Below are positions 231,271-241,637 of a stretch of DNA of 248,000 bases, in pieces. The stretch is from Hyalangium minutum (lineage in GTDB: Bacteria > Myxococcota > Myxococcia > Myxococcales > Myxococcaceae). Positions within the stretch are counted from its first letter, which is position 1, and each line of letters starts with the position of its first letter. Where the stretch lies: positions 20,001-268,000 of the forward strand of contig NZ_JMCB01000008.1 in the NCBI RefSeq assembly GCF_000737315.1, read 5' to 3'. The position numbers were made by a program, and so were the translations under genes. The notes beneath the pieces were generated by a model, which made no database searches, had not been told where the DNA came from, and worked only from the letters and a program-made list of their open reading frames with translations.

Positions 231271-231720
231271 GCAACGGGGCCACTGGCATCCACAGCTCAC
231301 GGAGGTCGCGAGGCCAGGACTTTTGCCACCCACTGACGAGTGTCTTCCGCCGAAGCGGCATTCTCCTGGTACATCCATGAATCAAACCTTCCCGTGCTGA
231401 TCATGTCGCAGAGTGCAGAATCGGCAGAGAGAAGTTCCGGGACGTCTCAGGGGAAAGCAACAGAAGGCACTTGCCGCGTCTTGAAATCTGGGAGGGCCAG
231501 CAGTCCCCAAGTCAGCGCTCTCCACCCAGGATTCATGCGCATGTGCGTCCGCCCCGTGATGCGAGCGGTGCTGGTTTTGTATGGTGTGGCTTCTGCCTAC
231601 TCTAGCGCGCACCAGCCCTGAACGTGCCGTCCTCGTTACTACCAAACCCTTGAAAAGACTGGGCCTGCTCCCATGCCTCAGTGCGAACCCGTGCGCTCTG
231701 GCCCTCCGCCTCGTTCGCCG

Positions 231721-231847
231721 GAGCTAACCAGTTAGCTCTGAACCTCGGGCCCGCTCGTCACTGCCAACCGGTTGGCACTGTCCCTCCGCCCCGTTCGTCA
231801 CTGCCAACCAGTTGGCTCTGTCCCTCTCCCACTGCCGATGGGTTGGC
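231721..231847. repeat. 40-bp-period array of palindromes
   Basis: GAGCTAACCAGTTAGCTC, TGCCAACCGGTTGGCA, GCCAACCAGTTGGC, plus a degenerate fourth. Confidence 0.8.
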
Positions 231848-231980
231848 CCTGGCACCTCCTGGATGCTCTCACTGCTGCCAAATGCCTGAAGGCGTTCCAC
231901 CTCCTAGGTTGTTTCAAGGGAGACTACCTGTCTGGTCTTCTTTCCCGCCCGGAGGTACCTTCTTGGGAACTTCCCACGCC

Positions 231981-233387
231981 ATGCACCCCTCTACCCTTCC
232001 TCCAGGTTCGATCGTCGGCTCCTGGCGCCTGCTGGGTCTGGCCTCCCAAGGCTCCTTTGGTGCCGTCTTCCGCGCGGAGAGCACCACCGCTCCCGAGTCA
232101 GGCCCCGTCGCTCTCAAGTTCGCGCTCCAGCCAGGGGATCCCCGCTTTGCCCTGGAGGCAGCGTTTCTCTCCCGCATGAAGCACCCGAACTTGCCCCTCC
232201 TGCGGGACTCGGGCGAGTGGCACAGCCCCAGCGGCACGACCTACTCGTTCCTGGTCATGGACTGGGAGGAGGGTCTGCCCCTGTACTCCTGGGCCCGGCT
232301 CCGGCCCCGCTCCTCGCGGGAGGTGCTGCGCGTCCTGGCTCAAGGCGCCCGCGCACTCCAAGCCATCCATTCCGCCGGTGGGCTCCACCGCGACGTCAAA
232401 GGGGACCATTTCCTCGTGCGCCCCGAAGATGGGCACGCCGTGCTGGTGGACTTCGGCTCCTGCACCTTCCGCGGCGCTCCCGTCATCACCCGCAACTCCG
232501 GGCCTCCCAGCACGCCCGAATACCTCAGCCCTCAGTCCCTCGTTCACCAGTGGAGGTTCCGCCGGGATCCCACAGCTCGCTATGAGCCCTCTGTTGCGGA
232601 TGACGTGTACGCCCTGGGCGTCACTGCCTACCGGCTCGTCACCGAGCGTTACCCGCTCATCGCCGACGACGACTCCGGAACGGATGAGGGCCAGGACGAC
232701 TCCCTCCCCATCATTCCCAAACTCGTGCCCGCGGACGTGCTCGTTCAGCTCAGCCCCGAGTTGGCCCTGTGGATCCGGCAGCTGCTGTCCGTGGAGCCCT
232801 CAGCCCGAGGAACTCCGGCGGAGTTGGTCAGGGGCCTGGAGCGGTCGGCGAACACCGAGGGCGCCAAAGCGGACAAGCCCATCGGCCCGATCAGGGCTCA
232901 CTCCGCCCCCAGAAAAGCAATTCCCCAGCAAAAGCCTCCACCTCCCATGCCGAGCCGTGCGCTCCGTTGGAAGGTGTGGTTCGGCGCCACGGCCTTGACC
233001 CTTGTGTTGGTCGCTGGAGGGGGAGGACTGCTCCATGCGCAGATGGAACAATCTTCTTCCTCCGGCCAGCCCCCCACTCTCATGCAGCAGTTCCCCACCG
233101 TGCATGCAGAGACTTCAGGGCTCGGAGAACTTGAGCTCCCGGAACCTCTAAATCCATCCGAGCCCATGCCTCCACACGAGGGGATTAACGCCCCCATCCC
233201 CGATGGTCCCCTCCAAGGCCAGCGCACGCCTCCGTGCAGGAAACCCCTGGTCGAGATCAACGGTGGCTGCTGGAGCCTCGTAGGCAATGAAACGCCTCCC
233301 TGCTCCGACATCACCTATGAGTGGCGGAAGCAGTGCTACCTGCCCTTCATGGCTCCCTCGCGGCCCTTGAACACGAGAGAAAAGTAG
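231981..233387 (+). CDS. Membrane Ser/Thr protein kinase
   Basis: GSFGAV, VALK, HRDVK, DFG; TM; C-terminal Cys motif. Confidence 0.88.
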   Translation: MHPSTLPPGSIVGSWRLLGLASQGSFGAVFRAESTTAPESGPVALKFALQPGDPRFALEAAFLSRMKHPNLPLLRDSGEWHSPSGTTYSFLVMDWEEGLPLYSWARLRPRSSREVLRVLAQGARALQAIHSAGGLHRDVKGDHFLVRPEDGHAVLVDFGSCTFRGAPVITRNSGPPSTPEYLSPQSLVHQWRFRRDPTARYEPSVADDVYALGVTAYRLVTERYPLIADDDSGTDEGQDDSLPIIPKLVPADVLVQLSPELALWIRQLLSVEPSARGTPAELVRGLERSANTEGAKADKPIGPIRAHSAPRKAIPQQKPPPPMPSRALRWKVWFGATALTLVLVAGGGGLLHAQMEQSSSSGQPPTLMQQFPTVHAETSGLGELELPEPLNPSEPMPPHEGINAPIPDGPLQGQRTPPCRKPLVEINGGCWSLVGNETPPCSDITYEWRKQCYLPFMAPSRPLNTREK

Positions 233388-233433
233388 CTGGCCGTCGAGA
233401 CATTCAGTAGGTCCACAGCAGACGGAGGAACTG

Positions 233434-233661
233434 ATGCAGACCGTGGGGGAAAAGCTCTTCGCTCAAGGGGAGGCCAAGGGAGAGGCCAAGGGCCAAGCCA
233501 AGTACCTCCTCCGGACCCTGGACCGGCGCGGTATTCCCATGGATGCCAAGACCCGTCGGCGCATCCTTGCTTGCAAGGACACCCGCCTGCTCGACCAGTG
233601 GTGTGACCGGGCCCTGACCGCCACCACCCTGGCCGAAGTCCTGGGCGAAGCCTCCAAATAG
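233434..233661 (+). pseudogene. Rpn/DUF4351-like C-terminal remnant
   Basis: GEAKGEAKG...LDQWCDRALTA.TL.EV. Confidence 0.6.
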
Positions 233662-233753
233662 CCCCGCCCGAACGTCTCCAGGTATCCGAAATACCCCGGG
233701 GGGCTCACACAAGCCCCCCATCCGGGCCGCTCTGGTGCTATCTGTCCCGGGCC

Positions 233754-236700
233754 ATGGCCCAGCCCCTTTTCGCTACGGTCCCCAACGAGATCGACTTCCC
233801 CGCCGACGAGCGCCGCATCCTCGCCTTCTGGAAGGAACGCCGAATCTTCGAGCAGACGCTCGAGGGCCGGGACGCTGCCCCTCCCTTCATCTTCTACGAG
233901 GGCCCGCCCACCGCCAACGGCCTCCCCCACAACGGTCACGTCCTCACCCGCGTCATCAAGGACCTCTTCCCTCGCTACAAGACCATGCGCGGCTTCCGCG
234001 TCCCCCGCAAAGCCGGCTGGGACACCCACGGCCTCCCCGTCGAGGTGGAAGTCGAGAAGGAGCTCCGCATCCACGGTAAGGCGGAGATTGAGCGCTACGG
234101 CGTCGAGCCCTTCACCCAGCGCTGCATCGAGTCCGTCTTCCGCTACACCAATGAGTGGGAGCGCCTCACCGAGCGCATCGGCTTCTGGGTCGACCTCCCC
234201 GACGCTTACGTCACCTACCACCGCTCCTACGTCGAGAGCGTCTGGTGGGCCCTCGCCGAGCTGTTCCGCAAGGGCCTCCTCTACCAGGGCCACAAAATCG
234301 TCTGGTGGTGGCCCCAGGGCGGAACCGCCCTCAGCTCCGGCGAAGTCGGCATGGGCTATCGCACCGTCGATGACCCCAGCGCCTACGTCGCCTTCCCCCT
234401 GAGAGGCCAGCCCGACACGGCGCTCCTCATCTGGACCACCACCCCCTGGACACTCCCGTCCAACATGTACGCCGCCGTGAACCCCTCGGTGGACTACGTC
234501 ACCGTGGACGCCGGCGACCGCAAGCTCATCATCGCCGCAGCCCTCCGCGAGGAGCTCGCCAAGAAGCTCAAGAAGGACCTGCCCATCCTGGAGACCCAGA
234601 AGGGCAGCGAGCTCGTCGGCCGCCGCTACTTCCCGCCCTATGACGTCTACTTCCAGCGCGCCGGCTCCACCGAGCTGCCCCTGAAGGCCGGAGGCTCGGA
234701 CTCGCCCGCCTGGCGCGTCATCGCCGCCGACTTCGTCACCCTCACCAGCGGCACCGGCATCGTCCACATCGCCCCCGCCTTCGGCGAGGACGACTACAAC
234801 GCCTTCCGCCAGGAGCGCACCCGCTTCACCCAGCCCGACGCCCTCGAGATGTTCTGCGCCATCCGCTCGGATGGCACCTTCTCCGACGACTTCCCCGGCA
234901 TTGCCGGCAAGTTCGTCAAGGACGCCGACAAGGACATCTCCCGCGCCCTCAAGGAGCGCGGCTTGCTGGTGCTCATGGAGCAGTACAAGCACGAGTACCC
235001 GTTCTGCTGGCGCGCCGATGACGACCCGCTCATCCAGTTCGCCCGCCCCGCCTGGTACATCCGCACCACCCAGGTGAAGGACCAGGCCATCGCCAACAAC
235101 CGCGCCGTCAACTGGGTCCCCGAGCACATCAAGGAAGGCCGCTTCGGCGACTTCCTCGCCAACAACGTGGACTGGGCCCTCTCCCGCGAGCGCTACTGGG
235201 GCACCGCGCTCCCCCTGTGGATCCACTCGGAGACGGGCGAGGTGGAGGCCATCCCCTCGCTCCAGGCCCTGCGCGAGAAGCCCGGCAGCAACCTCGCCGC
235301 CGTCGAGGCCGAGCTCAAGGCCTTCCTCGCCCAGAAGCCCGGTGCCACCACCGCCGAGCACCTCATCGTCCACAAGCCGTGGATCGACAAGGTCACCTAC
235401 GAGAAGCCCGGCACCCCCGGCCGCTTCACCCGCGTGCCCGAAGTCATCGACGTGTGGTTCGACTCGGGCTGCATGCCCTTCGCCCAGTGGGGTTTCCCCC
235501 ACGCCCAGGGCTCGCGCGAGAAGTTCACCCAGGCCTTCCCCGCTGACTTCATCTCCGAGGCCATCGACCAGACGCGCGGCTGGTTCTACTCGCTGCTGAT
235601 GATCAGCACGCTCGTCTTCGATGAGGAGACGCAGAAGCGAGAGAACATCCTCCCGTCCCACGGCTGGCCGCACCCGTACAAGAGCTGCATCGTGCTCGGC
235701 CACGTCTCCGACAAGGAGGGCAAGAAGGAGTCCAAGTCCAAGGGCAACTACACCCCGCCCGAGATCATCCTCGATGAAGTCCGCATGGACTTCGCCGTGC
235801 TGGATGACAAGGCCGCCGGCGTCAACGGCGTGGCCGGCGAGGCGCTCATCGCCCGCGAGGACCTCGAGGGCCTCGACATGCAGGAGGGCGTCAAGGTCCA
235901 GGTGTTCCGCCCGGATCAACCCGGCACCGCCCTCACGCTCACGGTGAAGGCCCACAAGAAGCTCAAGCGGCGCGTGCTGCTGCTGGCGAAGAAGGACCTG
236001 GAGGCGCTGAGCGTGGCGCCCTCGGCCAAGGGCGCGGATGTCATGCCCGTGGAGGTGCCCCGCCTGGCTCCCTCCGAGCGCGTGGTGCTCAAGGACCCCG
236101 CCTCCAAGGCCCCCGGCGCGGACGCCTTCCGCTGGTTCTTCTACGCGGCCAGCCCCACCTGGTCCAACACGCGCCACTCGCTGAGCAACGTGCGCCTGTT
236201 GCAGAAGGACTTCCAGGTCAAGCTGCGCAACGTCTACTCGTTCTTCACCATCTACGCGAACATCGACGGGTTCTCGCCCGCCACCGGCAACCCGGACGCC
236301 TCCGAGGCCCCGTGGCTCGCCATCCGCAAGAGCCAGGGCTGGCGCGAGCCCAAGGTCCGCACGGTGTTGGACAAGTGGATCCTCTCCGAAGTGCAGCTCG
236401 CCCTGCGCGACACGGCCCGCCACCTGGACGGCTACCACGTCTATGAGGCGGCCCAGCGGCTGGTGGCGCTCGTGGACGCGCTCTCCAACTGGTACCTGCG
236501 CCGCAGCCGCGACCGCTTCTGGGCTCCCGGCCTGGAGCAGGACAAGCTCGACGCGTACTACACGCTGTACGAGGCGCTCACCGCCATCGCCTCCATGTCC
236601 GCGCCCTTCATCCCCTTCTTCGCCGAGGAGATGTGGCTCAACCTGGTGCGCCGCCCCTGGCCGCACTCCCAGCCGGAGAGCGTCCACCTGGGCCGCTTCC

Positions 236701-237485
236701 CCGACGCCGACGAGCGCCTCATCGACGAGGGGCTCGCCGCGGAGATGGGCGCGGTGCGCGAGCTGGTGTCCCTGGGCCTCAAGGTCCGCACCGACAACCG
236801 CCTCAAGGTCCGCCAGCCCCTGTCCCGCGTGGACGTCATCCTCGCGCGCTCGGAGCTGAAGGAGCGCGTGGCCGTCTACAAGGAACTCATCGCCGACGAG
236901 CTGAACGTCCACGAGGTGCACTTCCTCGAGGCCGGCCAGGAGACGGACGTGGTCCGCTACAAGGTCCGCCCCAACCTGCGCGCGGTGGGCAGCCGGCTCG
237001 GGCCCAAGCTGGCGCCGGTGCGCAAGGCGTTCGACTCGGCGGATGGCCGCATCCTCCAGCGCGAGCTGTCCCTCAAGGGCATGGTCTCCATCACCGTGGA
237101 CGGCGAGCGCATGGCGTTCCCCGCCGAGGAGCTGGAGGTGCTCGTGGAGGCCAACCCCGGCTTCGCCGCCGCAGGCGCGAGCGTGGGCGTGGTGGTGCTC
237201 TACACCGAGCTGACCGAGGCGCTGGTGGACGAGGGCCTCGTGCGCGAGCTGCTCGCCCGCGTGCAGGCGGCGCGCAAGGACATGGCGCTGGGCTATACGG
237301 ACCGCATCCGCCTCTGGGTGGACGGCGACGCGCGGGTGCTCCGGGTGACGCAGGCCTCCAAGGAGTTCATCTCCCGCGAGACGCTCGCCTCCGAGCTGAA
237401 CGTGGGCCCCGAGGGCCTCACCGGCAAGGAGGAGGAGTTCAACCTCAACGGCCTGCCCACGCGCATCCGCGTCGAGCGCGCCTGA
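233754..237485 (+). CDS. ileS: Isoleucyl-tRNA synthetase, type 2
   Basis: PPTANGLPHNGH, WDTHGLP, KESKS plus insertion. Confidence 0.95.
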   Translation: MAQPLFATVPNEIDFPADERRILAFWKERRIFEQTLEGRDAAPPFIFYEGPPTANGLPHNGHVLTRVIKDLFPRYKTMRGFRVPRKAGWDTHGLPVEVEVEKELRIHGKAEIERYGVEPFTQRCIESVFRYTNEWERLTERIGFWVDLPDAYVTYHRSYVESVWWALAELFRKGLLYQGHKIVWWWPQGGTALSSGEVGMGYRTVDDPSAYVAFPLRGQPDTALLIWTTTPWTLPSNMYAAVNPSVDYVTVDAGDRKLIIAAALREELAKKLKKDLPILETQKGSELVGRRYFPPYDVYFQRAGSTELPLKAGGSDSPAWRVIAADFVTLTSGTGIVHIAPAFGEDDYNAFRQERTRFTQPDALEMFCAIRSDGTFSDDFPGIAGKFVKDADKDISRALKERGLLVLMEQYKHEYPFCWRADDDPLIQFARPAWYIRTTQVKDQAIANNRAVNWVPEHIKEGRFGDFLANNVDWALSRERYWGTALPLWIHSETGEVEAIPSLQALREKPGSNLAAVEAELKAFLAQKPGATTAEHLIVHKPWIDKVTYEKPGTPGRFTRVPEVIDVWFDSGCMPFAQWGFPHAQGSREKFTQAFPADFISEAIDQTRGWFYSLLMISTLVFDEETQKRENILPSHGWPHPYKSCIVLGHVSDKEGKKESKSKGNYTPPEIILDEVRMDFAVLDDKAAGVNGVAGEALIAREDLEGLDMQEGVKVQVFRPDQPGTALTLTVKAHKKLKRRVLLLAKKDLEALSVAPSAKGADVMPVEVPRLAPSERVVLKDPASKAPGADAFRWFFYAASPTWSNTRHSLSNVRLLQKDFQVKLRNVYSFFTIYANIDGFSPATGNPDASEAPWLAIRKSQGWREPKVRTVLDKWILSEVQLALRDTARHLDGYHVYEAAQRLVALVDALSNWYLRRSRDRFWAPGLEQDKLDAYYTLYEALTAIASMSAPFIPFFAEEMWLNLVRRPWPHSQPESVHLGRFPDADERLIDEGLAAEMGAVRELVSLGLKVRTDNRLKVRQPLSRVDVILARSELKERVAVYKELIADELNVHEVHFLEAGQETDVVRYKVRPNLRAVGSRLGPKLAPVRKAFDSADGRILQRELSLKGMVSITVDGERMAFPAEELEVLVEANPGFAAAGASVGVVVLYTELTEALVDEGLVRELLARVQAARKDMALGYTDRIRLWVDGDARVLRVTQASKEFISRETLASELNVGPEGLTGKEEEFNLNGLPTRIRVERA

Positions 237486-237513
237486 CAGGCAGAGCCAAGG
237501 CCCAGGGGCTCGC

Positions 237514-238872
237514 TCAGGGAGTCGCGAGCCGAGCCCCAGGGCCCTCCAGCGGGAGAATCCAGGGCCGGGGCGAGAGGCTGTACCGGTACGCCGCCAGGTC
237601 CACCGTTGGGTCCACGAGGAGTTGGCGGGGCCGCCCGTTCAATCGGACGGCCACCCAGGCTCGCACTTCCACTCCGGGTTGTCCCTGGCGCGCGTACTCC
237701 TCCGAGACGTGACGCGCGAAGGTGGCCAGCATGTCCGGGTGGGTCACCATCCGGTACGCCTGCTTGTCGGTGAGGTAGCGCAGCGGCTCCACCTCCCAGC
237801 GCTCACCGGAGGCTGGATCCGTGGCCTCGAAGCGCGCGTGGGCCCGCTTCTCCATGATCTTCATGTGCCAGGAGAAGAGGAACCCCTCCTCGTTCCAGAG
237901 CACTGGCCCCGGGTAGAGCCAGTGCCGCAGCGGCACCAGCACCTGCACGGTGAAGTGCACGCACAGCAGCACGGTGAGCCACGCCGCGGGCCGCCGCTCC
238001 AGCGCGGGCGCTGGGCTCTCCGCCGTGGGTGCAGACAGCGTCCCCGTACGAGCCCACGCAAGCGCCCGACGCGGCCAGTCCGGCTCGAAGAACAGGAGCA
238101 GCAGCGAGGCCGCCATCCACGGGAACACGCCGATGTTGAGCAGCAGCCCCGTCATCAAATGGAAGGACAACAGGGCGGCATAAGCCACCGGCCGCGTGCG
238201 CCTCCACAGCATGAATGGAGGGCCTAGCAGCACGACGAGCATGCCTCCCCAGCTCGCCCCGAGCGCCAGGACGGGCAGTGGCACCACGGGTGCCAGCGCA
238301 CGGGCCACCGGAGTGCCATCCAGCCACTGCACCAGGGGCTGGCCGTGGAGCAGCCAATCCGGCTGAAGCTTCGCCATCCCCGAGAAGGCATACGCCACCA
238401 TCAGCTGCGCGCGCAGCGTCCACAGGCACCAGGCGGGCACGGTGTCCCGGCGCAGTTCCGGGCGGCGCCGTGCATCCAGCGACCAGAGCCCCTCCAGCGG
238501 CATCAGCGCCATGAGGAAGGCCAGCAGGCACGCCAGGTAGTAGTGGTTCAGGTAGTGCGTCCGGTCCAGCAGCTGGACGTACGAGAACCCCACGGCCAGC
238601 ACGAGCATGCACGCCCGGTAGAACAGGCCCAGCATGACCCCCACCGCCGCCACCCCCAGCACGGCAAAGAGGGCGTACATCCCCACGGCCGACAGAGGCT
238701 TCACCCACCCGAACCCGGGAAACGTGAAGAAGAAGGAGGGAGCCACGTAGTAGGCGTGGATCCACCCCTTGAGGAAGTAGCGCAGGATCGCGGCGGCCAT
238801 GACCGCGCCGAAGGCGATGCGGAGCACCGCCAACGAGGCCACGTCCACGGGCCGAAGCAGCCACCGGGGCAT
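237514..238872 (-). CDS. HTTM / vitamin-K-dependent gamma-carboxylase-like protein
   Basis: YLNHYY, GMAKL..DWL, FSWHMK. Confidence 0.82.
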   Translation of the reverse strand: MPRWLLRPVDVASLAVLRIAFGAVMAAAILRYFLKGWIHAYYVAPSFFFTFPGFGWVKPLSAVGMYALFAVLGVAAVGVMLGLFYRACMLVLAVGFSYVQLLDRTHYLNHYYLACLLAFLMALMPLEGLWSLDARRRPELRRDTVPAWCLWTLRAQLMVAYAFSGMAKLQPDWLLHGQPLVQWLDGTPVARALAPVVPLPVLALGASWGGMLVVLLGPPFMLWRRTRPVAYAALLSFHLMTGLLLNIGVFPWMAASLLLLFFEPDWPRRALAWARTGTLSAPTAESPAPALERRPAAWLTVLLCVHFTVQVLVPLRHWLYPGPVLWNEEGFLFSWHMKIMEKRAHARFEATDPASGERWEVEPLRYLTDKQAYRMVTHPDMLATFARHVSEEYARQGQPGVEVRAWVAVRLNGRPRQLLVDPTVDLAAYRYSLSPRPWILPLEGPGARLATP

Positions 238873-238875
238873 GCG

Positions 238876-239518
238876 TCAGTCGAAGTCCGAGTCCCCGCCA
238901 CTGCCCGTATCGCCCAAGCATCCACCGCCACCCGAGGGATCCGTGCCGCGGTCATTCTCCTCGTCGTGGCGCACCTGGAACTCACACACCAGCGAGGTGC
239001 CGTCCTCGAAGAACAGCTTCAGCGTCGTCGACAGGCGGTTCTCCACGAAGGTGACGACCCGCTCCAGCGTGCCTGTCCGCAGCTTCGGACGAAGGCCCTG
239101 GGTCACCAAGTCCCAGTGCTTGATCTCGGGCGAGGGCGCGGGGATGAACCCTCCCGTACCGCCTGTACCACCATCCGCGCCGCCCGTGCCGCCATCCGTA
239201 CCGCCCGGGGTTCCACCGGGAGCCACCTCGCTCGGCAGGTTCAGCTCCACGCCTCCCGAGAGCACCGAGGAGCGAGCCACCACCGCGCTCATCACCACCT
239301 TCCGCTGGCCAAAGCTGACGGAGAGGATGTCCTCATTGTTGAGGTAGTTGATGGCGTAGAAGCTCTCCGGATCGATCTCATCCGACACCGCCAGGTTGCC
239401 GATGAACCCCTCGCAGCGCCCCGACGACGTGGAGGCGCGAGAGCAGTCACAGCGGCTGGTCATCATGACCAGGGCCATGAGGGAGAGAATCAGGTACGAC
239501 CGCGAGGATTTCTTCATG
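238876..239518 (-). CDS. Hypothetical exported or lipoprotein
   Basis: Hydrophobic leader then RCDC; acidic Gly-rich tail. Confidence 0.5.
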
Positions 239519-239602
239519 GTGGGGGGGCCTGGGTGCTCGGGGAGTGGCAACGCCACGAACCGGCAGTATTGGGTGGAAGAGAAGCCGCGGTCCAGAGGAG
239601 GC

Positions 239603-240214
239603 TCAGGCCCCCGAGCGCAACACCTTGAGGGCCTCGCGGAACAGCGCCTGGAAGGCGGCCTCGGGCCCCAGCCGCTCTCCGGCCATCTCCGCGGCCTTCT
239701 CCGCCTGCGGCGCCTTGTAGCCCAGGTTCAGCAGCGCCGAGACCAGGTCCGCCATGGGCCCCGCGGCCGGAGGCGGCGTCACCGCGCCCTTGGCCACGGC
239801 CTCCAGGTGGAGCGTCTTCACCTTCTCCTTGAGCTCCAGCACGAGCCGCTCGGCCGTCTTCTTGCCGATGCCGTGAATCTTGGTGAGCCGCGCCACCTCT
239901 TCCTTGGCGATGGCCACCACCAGCTCCGGCACCTCCATCCCGGACAGCACGGTGAGCGCCAGCCGCGGCCCCACGTGCGACACCGAGGTGAGCAGCAGGA
240001 ACATCTCCTCCTCGCCTCGAGTGAGGAAGCCAAACAGCTCGAAGGCGTCCTCGCGCACCACCGTGCGCACGCGCACCTGGACGGGCTGGCCCTCCGCGGG
240101 CAGCTTCCCCATCGTCAGCGTGGAGAAGAAGACACGGTAGCCCACCCCTCCCACGTCGATGATGGACTCGTCGAGGCCCTTCTCCTGCAGGGTTCCGCGC
240201 AGTGCCGCGATCAT
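239603..240214 (-). CDS. ruvA: Holliday junction binding protein
   Basis: GGVGY, VGPRLAL, GIGKKTAER. Confidence 0.96.
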   Translation of the reverse strand: MIAALRGTLQEKGLDESIIDVGGVGYRVFFSTLTMGKLPAEGQPVQVRVRTVVREDAFELFGFLTRGEEEMFLLLTSVSHVGPRLALTVLSGMEVPELVVAIAKEEVARLTKIHGIGKKTAERLVLELKEKVKTLHLEAVAKGAVTPPPAAGPMADLVSALLNLGYKAPQAEKAAEMAGERLGPEAAFQALFREALKVLRSGA

Positions 240215-240792
240215 CGCGCCTCCGGGCGCCGGTAGGACGGGCTCAGCCGATCCGCGAGGAGCGCCGCCGCGCCCTTGCGGCCCTTGGCGCGAGCCCCGCG
240301 AGAGCTGCCCGCGAGCAGGCCCGCGGCCCGGCCCTGGTTCAAGTGGCACAGCGCCACCGCGAGGGCGTCGCTGGCATCCGCCCGCTCAATCTCGTCGAGC
240401 CTCAGCAGGGAGCAAACCATGCGAGCAATGGCGTCCTTGCCGTCCGCGCCGCCCGCGCCCACCGAGCGCTTCACCTTCGCCGGCGGGTACTCGTACACGG
240501 GCAGCCCCGCCTGGGCCGCCGCCAGCAGCGCCACGCCTCGCGCGTGCCCCAGCACCAGGGCGCTGCGTGCGTTGCGGAAGGTGAAGACACCCTCCACCGC
240601 CACCGCCTCGGGCTTGAGGTGGCGCAGCGCGCCCGTCAGCTCGGCGTGCAGCACCATCAGCCGCTCGTGCAGTGGGGCGTTGGGGTCCACCTTGATGACC
240701 CCATGGGCCACATGGGTGAGCCGGCCCCGCCGCTCCTCCACCACGCCATAGCCCATGAAGCGGCTGCCAGGATCGACCCCTAGGACGCGCAC
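240211..240792 (-). CDS. ruvC: Holliday junction resolvase
   Basis: GVDPG, VEG, DASDALA. Confidence 0.95.
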   Translation of the reverse strand: MRVLGVDPGSRFMGYGVVEERRGRLTHVAHGVIKVDPNAPLHERLMVLHAELTGALRHLKPEAVAVEGVFTFRNARSALVLGHARGVALLAAAQAGLPVYEYPPAKVKRSVGAGGADGKDAIARMVCSLLRLDEIERADASDALAVALCHLNQGRAAGLLAGSSRGARAKGRKGAAALLADRLSPSYRRPEAR

Positions 240793-240824
240793 GTTCCTCT
240801 CCACCACCCCAACGAAACAGGTGT

Positions 240825-241574
240825 TCAGCCTTGTAACGCGTCCATCAACGCCTCGTCGATCTCGAAGTTGGCGTGGACGTTCTGGACGTCGTCGTTGTCC
240901 TCCAGCGCGTCCATCAGCTTGAGCATCTTCTTGGCGTTCTCGCCCTCGAGCTTCACCGTGTTCTGCGGGAAGAAGCTCCACCTCTGCTCGCCCAGCTTGA
241001 GCCCCGCCGACTCCAGGCTGTTGGCCACCGTGTGCAGGTCCACAGGCGCCGTGCGCACCTCGAAGCCGTCCGTTCCCTGGTTGATGACGTCCTCGGCGCC
241101 GGCCTCGATGGCCTTCTCCATCACCTGGTCCTCGGAGGGGCCCGGCTTCACGGCGATGACGCCCTTCTTCTGGAACATCCAGCCGACCGCGCCCTCGGCG
241201 CCGAGGTTGCCTCCACCCTTGTTGAAGAGGATCCGCACGTCTCCCGCGGTGCGGTTGCGGTTGTCCGTGAGGCACTCGACCAGGACAGCCACGCCGCCGG
241301 GGCCATAGCCCTCGTACATCACCTCTTCGTAGCTCTCGCCCTCCAGCTCGCCGGTGCCCTTCTTGATGGCGCGCTCGATGGAGTCCTTGGGCATGTTCGC
241401 CTCGCGCGCCGCGGCGATGGCGACGCGCAGGCGGGCGTTACCGGTGGGATCCCCGCCGCCCAGGCGGGCCGCGACGGTGAGCTCCTTGATGACCTTGCTG
241501 TACAGCTTGCCCTTGGTCGCGCCCATGGCGGCCTTCTGGCGCTTGATCTTGGACCATCGGTTATGACCGGACAT
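240825..241574 (-). CDS. yebC: YebC/PmpR family protein
   Basis: MSGHNRWS, EGYGPGG, DVQNV. Confidence 0.96.
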   Translation of the reverse strand: MSGHNRWSKIKRQKAAMGATKGKLYSKVIKELTVAARLGGGDPTGNARLRVAIAAAREANMPKDSIERAIKKGTGELEGESYEEVMYEGYGPGGVAVLVECLTDNRNRTAGDVRILFNKGGGNLGAEGAVGWMFQKKGVIAVKPGPSEDQVMEKAIEAGAEDVINQGTDGFEVRTAPVDLHTVANSLESAGLKLGEQRWSFFPQNTVKLEGENAKKMLKLMDALEDNDDVQNVHANFEIDEALMDALQG

Positions 241575-241637
241575 GGCGGGGCAACTTCTCCCCTAACCCC
241601 ACCCACCGAGTCAAACCCCGAGTCGAACGGCCAGGGA

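Noticed and set aside
231700-231850. CRISPR array
   Set aside because: Only 3-4 units, the intervening sequences resemble each other and are too short, and no cas genes are in the window
233434-233661. Active transposase
   Set aside because: Only a 75-aa C-terminal Rpn-like remnant with no nuclease domain
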